Shown here in pieces: positions 40,901-52,900 of a stretch of DNA of 60,000 bases. Origin of the DNA: Amphiscolops sp. MND2022 (taxonomy: Eukaryota); contig OZ076409.1 of the NCBI GenBank assembly GCA_964187785.1, positions 81,346,001 through 81,406,000 on the forward strand. Reading direction: 5' to 3'. Both the position numbers and the translations under genes were made by a program. The first letter of the stretch is position 1; every line of letters starts with the position of its first letter. Under the pieces are notes generated by a model. That model did no database searches. It was given only the letters and a program-made list of their open reading frames with translations, and was not told where the DNA came from.

Positions 40901-43900
40901 TCTGTGAGTGCGCCTTGAATATTATGAATGGAAACATACCAATGAATGTAAACAAATTGATGCCATTCGAACATCAATTGAAAATTTCATGTCAACCGAA
41001 AACATCTGACCGCAGACGACGACAAATTTTGTCATCCATCAAAGGCTATAAACTATTCAAGCTGATCAGTCGTCCCTGCATTTGCTATTTATCAGCAGAA
41101 TGAGTGCTCAAGAATTTATACTAATACCAAAAGAAAATTACATCAAGAATCAACCAAAAGCGTCCGAAATTCTGGACGATCCAACAATTACAGCAAAAAG
41201 TCAACAACTTACGTTATTACAACGAGTTCCCGAAAAAAAGGAGCCCGAGAAGGAAAAAACGTCTGAAGAGAAGAAAGCCCCAGAGACACGAGAAGATATC
41301 CAGAAAAGGGTACTCCGCTCAATCACAATGCTCAATCCTCATCAAACTGAAAAGTCCAAGTCCATTTTGAAAGAATTGCAAGGTAGTTCTGACGTTTCGA
41401 TAAACGACGAAGGTCTTATAGAGATTAACAATACTCCCACAGCCATTGATGCGTCAAACTTCCTTTTCACGTTGCAGCAACCAACAAAGAAACTTTATCA
41501 CCCAGATTACAAACGAATTTTGGACAAAATTAAACTTTCACCAGATCTAGTACCAAACTCGGAAGCTAAAGAGATTGTAAAACCAAAAGTTGTCAAGACC
41601 AAGTTTGTCACAACACCAAAAACAAAAAGCAGCGGAAAGACACCAAAGAGACCCCGCAAGAAAGATGACCAGCAACCTGGCCCAAGTTTTGAAAGTCAAG
41701 AAGATGGCTCGAAGGATTGGGAAACTCTCAGCAACTGAACAAGCAAAGTTGGAAAAAATGTACACGAGTGGACCTGCTGCTTACGGGAGCGCGAGAAATT
41801 TGCAAGCGACCAGCAAAATGCCAAAAGCAAAAATTGACACTTTTTTGCAACAAAAAGATGCCCATACAAAATACCGACAAATTCAGCGTAAATTTCCTCG
41901 CCTTAAAGTTATTGCTTACGAAATTAACGAAATTTGGTCAATAGATGTCGCCTATGTGGACAAGTTGGCAAAATATAACAATGGAGTCAAGTATTTACTG
42001 GTTGCAGTGGATGTGTTATCAAGATTTTTACGTGTTGTACCAATGCGATCAAAAAGTGCTCCTGACGCTGCTAAAGCATTCGAAAAGATGATTGAGAAAG
42101 TGCAACCGCAGAAAGTTTGGTCAGACAAGGGAACCGAATTCAAAGGAGCATTCAAAAATCTTTGCGATAAGAGAGGAATAGCAACATACACAACTGCCAG
42201 CGAAACAAAGTCAGCTTTTGCAGAGAGAAACATTCGTTCACTCAAAAATATCATGTACAAGCACATGGAAAACAAATGGACATATCATTACATCAGCAAG
42301 CTATCTCAATTTGTCAGCACAATCAACTCACGCGTCAATCGTGTAACAAAGTTGGCCCCAAACAAAGTTACAAAGAAGCACGAGCCACATTTACGATCTC
42401 TAGCTGCAGAGCAGTCGAGCAAATTTGTCAAAAAACCAAAGTTTAGTCTCCGTGATAAAGTTCGGATAGCCAAACAAGATTTACCCTTCAAAAAGGGATA
42501 TAAACAAAGTTTCACGGACGAATTATTTACAATAATAAAAATTTCAACGTTCAACCCTCCAACATACAATTTGAGAGACGAGAGTGGTGATACAATCAAC
42601 GGAAAATTTTACGAACCCGAACTTGTGAAGGTCAATGGACGAATTTGACATTTACCTGGAATCAGCAGGTTCCATGAATATATACAGCGGCAACACAATG
42701 GCAGCGTTTCGTAACCTCTTCGCGCACCCAATTCACTTGGAAGGTGACTGGCGGTTAGCGCTTGCCGAAATCATTTTCCCTACCAGCATCAAAAACATTA
42801 CTACAACTGACTTTTTCATTTACACACCCAAAACACCATATGACAGCACTCCTGTCCCAAGTAGTGAAGGCGGTGTAGTTATCAAACGAGAGGATTGGTC
42901 AGATAATGCTAAATTTGAAGCTGGAGAGTATCAGACAATCAGCAGCATTCTGGAGCAACTAGACAAGGCAACTGAAACCAAAAAGCCATTAAACTCTGCA
43001 GATTATGTGGAGGATAGCATTGAAATTAGTTTTAAAAGCAGATATGGAATAAGTGTCAGAGATCGCAGCCTTTTTGATGTTTTGGGTATCCGGGGGGTGC
43101 CAGATACAAATCGAGGAGGCTATTACATAGGAACGAACTACAAAGTCGCCAATATGCAACAACCAATCAAAAACACTTATCCGCCAGATCTTACAGTGGG
43201 AACCAACATGTTTTTCGTCAATACAAACATCATTGAACATCAACATGTTGCTGGAGTAAAGTCGCCTCTTTTGCGAATTATCGAAAACACTAAACAAGTT
43301 CAAGACGGGAAACTTTTAAACACTTCAACAACAGCCCATAAAGTTTTCACTGAGCTACAGTTCAAGAAGCTCATTACTAGTACAATTGAAGAAATTCAAA
43401 TTGAATTGAAGTCCATTACTGGACAGAAAGTTCCTTTCGTTGGTACCGGTCTAGTAGCTCTCACACTCAAGTTTCGGAAGTTTCAATAAATGGAACAATA
43501 CTACGCCCAACAGGCACAACTACCCCATTTCTCAGGACCTGCAAGACAACGTGGAAGTGGTTTCGGGTTATTAGCAGCTGGCGTTGGACGAGTAGCTTTA
43601 CCATTTGCCAAAAGGTTTTTGCTTCCCGCTGTCAAGTCAATTGGCAAAGAATTCTTATCACAAAGCATACCCGAGTTGCTCGACGTGGCATCAAAAAAGA
43701 AGACACCAAAGCAAGCAGTCCGATCAGCAGTCCGTAAAACTGTAAAGAAACAATTGGGTGGATCTAAAAGAAGAAGAGGCAAACGATTCATTCGACGTAA
43801 AAAGTTCACACGAAGAAGTCGGTCAGATTTTTTCTCTAGAGTCAAGAATGTTGATTAACAGTAACGCTTTACCAATCGAAACCTCACACACTTCGCTCGA

Positions 43901-46900
43901 TATTTTCGAAAGGTCTCAACTACTAGTTATATTTGACTGGTCTTTTGAGCAGAAAATTGGCCCGCTGTATGCTCCAAATGGACCAACGTTGGAGTTTGAA
44001 GTCAAAGGAGACCGGACCAACTTTATCGATTTACAAAACATTTATTTGGAAGTCAAGTGTAAAATTGTAAAAGCAGACAACACCAATTTAAATTATGTGA
44101 CTGGAGACGCAACTCAACAAGACACGCCAGTTTTCGTCAACAATACTCTCCATTATTCTCGGATTGCACTGTAACGGCCCAAGGAGTAAAGGTCTCTTCT
44201 GCAAATGGACTTTATGCCCACAAGGCCTTTATTGAAACTGAATTTTCTCACAACAAGGAAGCAAAAAACACTTGGTTGGAATGTCAGGGTTATAGCTACG
44301 AAGCCAACCCCAGTACGCACACCTTGGCGGCTTTCACAAAGAGAGAAGCTGAAACAAGATCTTCAACCACTGTAACTTTTATTGGGAGAGTTGCCTCTGA
44401 TTTTTTCTCGTGCGAAAAACATCTCGTGAGTGGAGTTGAGCTGAGAATATCCTTCCTTCGAACGAGGCCCGAATTTTGCTTGATTTACGACGACGCAGGT
44501 AAAGACTACAAAGTTAACATAACTCAAGCCAATTTGTACGTTCGCAAAATGACTCTTACTGAGAATGCCTATTCAGCAATTGAAACAACTTTGGCGAAAG
44601 CCACTGCTCGATATCGGTACACTGAGATCATTCCAAGGACTTTTCTCATCGGACAAAACTCACAAAGTTGGGATCAAGAAAATGTCTTTAGCGGTCAACC
44701 GATTCGAAGATTTATACTTGCCATGTCAACCAATGCTGGTTTTGTGGGGGCCAAAACTACAAACCCATTCCACTATCAAAAATTTGGCTTGCGGAGCATA
44801 ACAGTCTATCGTAATGGTCATCCAATTGCTGGAACACCCTTAGAGACTGACACCGATAAAAAGATGTACTTGAATTCAATGGGAGCTCTAGCGTTCCATG
44901 AGCATGGTCATGGAATTTCATTTGAAGAATATGCAAATCATTATCTTTTGGTTTTCGACTTAACCAGTACGCAGCAAGCATCACACGATTATTTACATCC
45001 TGAACTTACTAGTGCATCAATCTCAATCAGTTTGCGGTTTGACACCGCACTGGCACAAATCACAGAAGTACTTTTACTGGGAGAAACCGCTTCAACAATT
45101 TACGTCAATAACAGCAGAAAAGTCTCAAAGAACTACTATATAGCTCCCGATACCGCAATTACAAGAAAATGATTGACGAAGTACAGTTGGGCTCTCTCAT
45201 CAACAAGTGTAAACACTTGAAGTACAAATTTGCTGGTGTTTATGCAGCAGATAATTTTCCCCTCAATGTAAAAAATGGCAACTTTATCATTGTCAATTCA
45301 GACAAGGCTACCCAAATGGGAACTCATTGGCTTTTGCTGTGCAACAGAAACAACAAGTACTTATTCGCTGACCCGCTTGGCCTTCCACTCAACAATTACC
45401 CTCATGTTCGTGATCGACTATCTTTTGCATATTTGGGAGTGACAGAGATTATACAAGCTCCTCTGCAAAACTTAAACTCAAATTTGTGTGGACTTTATTG
45501 CATTTATATAGCTCATTATGTATTTGGCGCTCATTTTCCTATTATTCCTTACATTAGTGAACAAGAACTATTACGATTTGTAAAACATTTCATTTAATGC
45601 TGTCTTGTCTAATTGAGTTTTATCCTTTAAGCTTTTTTTTTCGAAAACAAAGAGCACAAGAATGAATTATTCAAGTAAAAATTTTAAAAAAAAACATCAT
45701 GGAATCAACAAAGCTGCAAGACAAAACAAAAACAAATTGAATGGTTTGAAAGTTCATTATATACACGGGCTCGCCATCCATAGCCCCCGGCTTCCAACAG
45801 TCATCTTCCTCCTCTAGCGTTACCACGGATGTGTAGGACCAGCCATTTGGCTCGATCGTTGTGTAGAAGGAGGAGAAACTAACTTTTTGGAGTCCTTTCC
45901 GTTGCGCGGGCATGCTCTTGAAGGACGATTTTTCTGGCTGGGGTTGTACTTTCGTAGAGGTTGATGGTGATGGTTCGAGCGGGGTCAAAGCCGGAAACAC
46001 TCGTATATAACAGCTGAATGTGACTGTTTTCCTCAGCGGGGGTCCAAAATTGGAAACCAGCTCGTCGTCGATTTTAAGGCAGGATCGGATTGGCATAGCA
46101 GTTGAATCATACATTTTTCAAGACGAGCAATAGGTGATTACTGAGGAAAGCCAGGAAAAGAATTCGAAAAGACTTTAATGTGATTTTAAAGCAAACTGAT
46201 GATTTGCAAAATAGTTGAGTGAGCGAAAAGCAAAAAGTTGAAATCAAATAGCTGTTGATATTGATATCAGGCAAAAAGCAAATGATTTTGGGCTGTGGCC
46301 AGACAAGTCAGGCGGCGGCGAGCAACAGCTTGCATTTTTACGAGAGAGTGCTGAGAAAAATTAAACAACAACTCACTTTCTAGGGGAAATTTAACTGCGT
46401 AGCGTGTCTAGAGGGGAGGTGTTTCAACAGTTGCGCTTTCTTATCTTGCCGGTTCAAACAAATTCAACCGCCGATTGTCTGGGAGGGGGTGCGTCAGCTT
46501 GTCTCTATATTGCCGGTTCAAACGAGATTAACCGCCGGTTGTCTGAGAGGGGGTGCGTCAGCTTACAATTTTTTTTAAACCGGACAAAACGAGATTGAAC
46601 GGCGATTGTCTAAGTGGGGTGCGTCAGCTTGCGTCTGTCGTCGAACCCGAATAACCCCCGATAGCTCAATTTTAAAACGAAATTTCTCAAAAATAAAATC
46701 AAAAATCTCCAACTTTGTTGCAAATCAGTTACCCTCACAAGCAAAAATTGTTGAAAACTAGATATTCTCACCTGCAATATTTGATTGAAAATACTATTTC
46801 AGATTGAAACTCAAATTCAAAAATCAAATCAAACAGTTAAAGAAACCGAATTCACTTTTTAAAAAACACTTTCTGAGCCCCTTGGGGTATTTCATTCAAC

Positions 46901-49900
46901 AATCTGATATGGTAGTTTCAATCAAGTATCTATTCAGTCGAAATGAGAACTTGTGACGTTTGCCAAAAATCGTTTGGAAACAAAAATTTACTTCGTCATC
47001 ATCGGCGAAATGTTCACAAAATTCCTGCTTATCTCTTTCCCATGGAATGCAATGTTTGCCACAGGATGGAGCTATCTGTCGCACTAATTGATCAACACTT
47101 TCGAGAAAAACATGGAACACAACTGGACAAAATGTGTGTTTATTGCGGAATTGGGTTCGATATACCTGAACACTTTTACAAACACTTGGAAGAGAAACAC
47201 GAACTTCCACCACCTGCTGAATCAACCAAAGAGAAAACGAACCCAATATCATCAGCTTTCGACGGGGCGCTCAAAGTGTACAAAATTGAGGGATCAGGAG
47301 AAAATGACTTGATGCAGTTCATGACTGACATCAAACCACAAATTGATCAACTGAACTGGTTAGCGAAAATGTAAACCGCACTGCCCGGAAACTGCAGCTA
47401 ATTTTGAAAGTTGAGCTTTCACAACCAACAAAAGACGAGGAAACTCAAGTCTTTCTTCGCTCAAACATGGTGCCAGTGTATGGTACTAGTCTACCGCAAG
47501 GCGATTTCCTCAGTGCAGTGGACCAGTTACTAAACACTTTGTTTACGTTCACAGCTTCTGGAAGTGGATGGATCTTGGAGAAAATTGTCGATCTGGATGT
47601 CAAGTTTGCAACATTTAGCCCCATTCGAGGATCTTCCTACTTGCCTACTCCGCCCGAACTGGACGCATCGCACTTGCTACTAAACATACGAAACCGTCAA
47701 GATCACAATTGCTTCTTGTATTGTTTCACAGCCGCGTGGCACCTGAAGCACGGACCATTACTCTATGTCGCTGGTCGAGACTCATTAGCAAAGAGAACTA
47801 GCCCAGACACTTATTCGCGACGCAACCCATTAGCTCATCAAGCTGAAGGCGAGTTTGAAATGCCAATGGGCTTCGGTCAGATGCTTCGATTCGAAAAATT
47901 GAATGATTGCAAAATCAACGTGTTTAGATACACTGAAAATCAACTGGTTCCCCTGCGAGTAACTCGAGAAAAAGGAGATGGCCTAGAAATTGACCTGTTG
48001 CTGGTGGATGATGGACAAGAGTATCACTATATTCTGATACTTGACTTATTGAGACTAGTTTCTATGGTGAAAGGAACCACAACACTGTATCAGAGAGTCC
48101 TCTGTAAAAATTGTTTCCACATTTGCATGAATGAAAACACATACAGACGGCATCAAATCAGTTGCTTGCAACATGAACCAGCAGTAGTCAAAATGCCAAC
48201 GCCTGAGAAAAACAAACTGAAGTTCGCGAATTTGGGTGCCCGGTGGTTCGCACCAGTTGTCATATATTTCGATCTGGAATCAATTATCAAACCAGTTGCA
48301 GGATGTCAGAATGCAAAACAGCAAACAAGTATCACAGAATTTCATCATCCCAGTGGATTCTGCCTTATTGGAATTGAGCATGGGAATCCTAATCCCGTTT
48401 TCATGCAACTAGAGCGCTCTGAAAACTGCATGGAAAAGTTTGTAGGGGCACTTGAAAAGATTGCACAGGAAATGTATCAAAAGAAGCAAAGCAACCGGTA
48501 CTTTCGAGACTCAGTACCCGAAAGGCCTCAAGAAGCCCAACTTTGTTGGATATGCGAAGGTCAATTCGGAATAGTCAGAGACATCGAGGACGACAAGGTT
48601 ATTGACCACTGTCATTACTCAGGAAAGTTTTTGGGATTCGCGCATCCGGAATGCAATCTCAAAAGAAAGACAGTCAATTTCATACCAGTCATGGCCCACA
48701 ATCTGTCGAATTACGACCTTCATCACGTGTGCTTATACATTCACAAGTTCAAACCCGGTTGCAAAGTAGACGTGATACCGAATACTGATGAGAAATACAT
48801 TACCTTGACGATCGGAGTACCTGTGAGGAGCTATCTAGACAAAAACGGAATAACAAAAACAGTGTTTGAGTACTTGCGTTTCATTGACTCGTTCAGGTTT
48901 ATGGCTTCTTCACTCGAAAAACTTGCAAGCTATCTGCCAAAAGACAAGTTCAAGATACTGGACAGTTGCTTCGCTGACTATTCGGAATCAGACCGAGACC
49001 TTTTGCATCAAAAAGGGTACTACCCTTATTCATATTTTGATAGTTTTGACAAGTTTCAAGAAGAAGAGCTCCCGCCAAGATATCAATGGACGGACTCACT
49101 GCGCAACAAAGCGATCATGTTGACTCAAGATGAATGGGAACACGCAAAGAAGGTTTATGAACGATTCGCTTGCGCAAATTTGGGTGATTATCACGACCTA
49201 TATCTTAAAACTGACACTCTAATATTAGCATGTGTGGTTGAAGAATTTCGGAGCCTATGCTACACTACCTATGGCCTAGACAGCGCCCATTACTTCACCT
49301 GCTCGCATTTGTCTGGAGACGCCTTCTTGAAAAAATGTCGGGCAGACATTGAGCTTCTAACAGATCGCGAGCACCTAGAGATGGTGGAAAATATGATTAG
49401 AGGTGGTGTTGCATCTGTTTTTGACAAGAGGTTCTTCAAAGCGAACAACAGGTACGTGGCCGAGCATAACTATAATGACTACAACACTTACGGAGTGTTA
49501 TTAGACGCAAACAACTTGTATGGGGGTGTTATGGAAAAGTTACCACTGCCATTGAATAGCTTCGAAACAGTTCAAAACATTGATCTCAACAAAATCTTGG
49601 AAACAACTAACGACTCTGAAGAAGGATACATTCTAGAAGTAGACTTGCATTACCCCGACAAACTTCATGACGGACATCAAGATTTTCCGCTAGCTCCAAC
49701 AAAAGAGCGAATATACTACAAAAGCCTTGGAGAGAAGCAGCAAGAGCTTTTAGAAATAATGGGTGAAACTAGACCTTATAGTCAGGGGACGAAGTTGATT
49801 CAGTCACTGTCAAACAAAAGCAACTACACTGTCCATTATATAACACTGAAGCTCTACGTTAGCCTTGGCATGGAAGTGAAGAAAGTACATCGAGTGTTGA

Positions 49901-52900
49901 AGTTCAAACAAACAAAATGGTTGAAACCATACATGGAGCTAAATACCGCAAAGAGAAAAGAATCTCGAAACAAGTTCGAAGAGAGTTTCTTCAAATTAAT
50001 GAATAACTCATGCTACGGAAAAACGCTCGAGAGCAAGCGAAACCGCCTCACTGTTCAGTTAATAAGCAACCGAGAAAGTCTTTTGAGGAGAACAGACACC
50101 CCGTTCTTTTGTGAGTTCAAAATCTTCAATGAAAATCTTGCAGCTATTTCGTCAAGGAAAAGATCCATCTTGTGGAACAAACCAACAATAGTCGGAGCAT
50201 CTGTTTTAGACTTGGCCAAATTCCACATGTTCAATTTCCACTATAATGTAATGAAAAAGCACCTGAACTGCTTCGTGTTATATTCTGACACAGATTCTCT
50301 GTTGTATGAGATTAAATACACAGACTTTTATGAAGAGCTAGCAACTAATGATGAGCTCCGCCAGCACTTTGACCTCTCCAATTACCCTAAAGAACATCAC
50401 CTCTATAACGCTGATAATAAAATGGTCACACTCAAGTTCAAGGATGAACTCGGAGGAGAGCCAATCGAAGAATTTGTCGGACTAAAACCCAAAATGTATT
50501 CAATCATGGTTGGAGGAAGGCAGAAGCTGTCGGCAAAGGGAGTTTGCCGATTCGCTCAGAAGGAACTGAATCATGAGCTGTACAAAAAAGTATTGAAAAC
50601 TGGGGAGTCCTACAAGACTGTAAACATGCGAATAGGCTCGCAAAAGCACCAATTACAAACAATCAAGACGAACAAGGTGTCTCTCAGCTCCTTTGATGAC
50701 AAGCGTTATGTATTAGAAGACGGCATCTCAACTTTACCCCATGGTCACTACATGATCAGAGATGTTCATGTTGAGCAAGACATTGTGGATGAACCAGAAT
50801 GGGGATATGAAGAGGAAGAGATACCATCAAGTCCCACATGGGACGAATTGAACGGCAATGATCCGCAAGTCACAATCAGCCAAATATTCCCAGATGAAGC
50901 TCCGATGCTGGCAAATGCCCCTCTGTCATCACCATTGCGAGTTCGAGTCAGTGATGATGGGCCAGTCTCTTTAACTCAACAGTTAATGGAAGCATGGTCG
51001 CCTCCCGATCCAGGCATGCACCAAAGAGAGTACAGTGATTCCGAGCTGGAAGACCAATTCAGTAACATGGACGAATCTGTTGAGGAGCGAAGTCCTCCGA
51101 GAAATCCCTTCATTGACGATGAGGCAGTGGAAGCATCAGATACAGGTGAAACTGCACACGAAGATGACGAAGAGTCAGACCCTAACGACTGCGTAATTGT
51201 CGAGACACTGACAGAAGACGAGGCAAACGCCATAGAAGACTTGGAATACCTAATTGATTTTGACAATTGGTTCAGCGATGACGAGTTTGTGAACAGGATA
51301 AAAAGAGCGAAAAGGAGACGGATGGAGATTGTGAGCGACAGCGAATAAAACTCGAGCAAAAATTCTTTCTTGCATTACATAGATGTGTGCTGTTTTCATT
51401 GTTTTACTTTGTATTGTTCTCAAGTAGTTGTTGAATAGGCTTTCAAGTACTTTTGAGCTGTTAGCTATTTGTAAATTCAGTGTTGTTTTGCTCTCATTTT
51501 ATTGGCCGACGCGTTGTCTAATAGCAGAGATTATTCTCCAAAAGATGTAGAATGTAATTTTCCAAATGAAAAACGAATCGATAGATGATTGAAAAAAGCA
51601 GATTGAAGGCCTTGAAGGCCTCCCTCGCAGGCATAAACGCGACCACGGCCGTTAAATGGAAATAACTTTGCTATAAAAACAAAATACTGGGCTTAAACGC
51701 TGCCCCCACAGGCCTTATCGCGGCCCCATAACCGTAAAATGGAAATTGCTAGGCCTAAAAAGCAAAATACTGGGCTTTAATGCCGCCCCCGCAGGCCTAA
51801 TCGCGGCCCCATAACCGTAGAAAGAAAAATGCTTGGCTTAAAAAGCAAAATATTGGGCTTTAATGCCGCCCCCGCAGGCCTCATTGCGGCCCCATAACCG
51901 TAAAATGGAAATTGCTAGGCTTAAAAAGCAAAATATTGGGCTTCAATGCCGCCCCCGCAGGCCTAAATGCGGCCCACAGCCGTAGATTGGAAAAAGCTTG
52001 GCAATAAAAGCAAAATATTGGGCATAAAAGCCACCCCCGCAGGCCTTATTGCGGCCCCATAAGCGTAAAATGAAAAATGCTTGGCTCAAAAAGCAAAATA
52101 CTGGGCTTTAATGCCGCCCCGCAGGCCTAAATGCGGCCCCATAACCGTAGAATGAAAATTGCTGCTCTGTAAATGCAAAATATTGGGCTTTAATGCCGCC
52201 CCTGCAGGCCTTATTGCGGCCCCATAGCAGTAAAATGAAAAATACTTGGTAGAAAAAGCAAAATACTGGGCTTTAATGCCGCCCCACATGCCAAATTGCG
52301 CCCCCATAACCGTAAAATGGAAATTGCTTGGCTATAAAAGCAAAATACTGGGCTTTAATTCCACCCCGCAGGCCTAATTGCGGCCCCACAGCCGTAAAAT
52401 AGAAAATGATTGGCTATAAAAGCAAAATATTGGGCTTTAATGCCGCCCCCGTAGGCCTGATCGCGGCCCCATAACCGTAAAACGGAAAAGGCTTGGCTAT
52501 AAAAGCAAAATATTGGGCTTCAAGGCCACCCCCGTAGGCCTAATCGCGGCCCCACGGCCGTAGAATGGAAAAGGCTTGGCTATAAAAGCAAAATATTGGG
52601 CTTCAAGGCCGCCCCCGCAGGCCTAAATGCAGCCCCATAACCGTAGAATAGAAAATGATTGGCTATAAAAGCAAAATATTGGGCTTTAATGCCGACAGTT
52701 CGATAAGAAAATACAAAACTACTAAGTTACAAAAGGTTGTATAAGAGGAATTTGCAGATAGACCGTATTGGGAAAATACTAATATCATACAAAACACCTG
52801 TAGAAGTCTAAGCCTAATAACATTATTCAACTTTCAAAAATGAGGGTTGGGGAGTTGTCAACAACGTAAACACCGATTGTTTTGAACGTTGAAAGCACCG

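Noticed and set aside
51620..52695. Possible CRISPR-like array
   Set aside because: Units are similar along their whole length with no unique spacers, there are no cas genes, and the context is eukaryotic. It is a tandem repeat.
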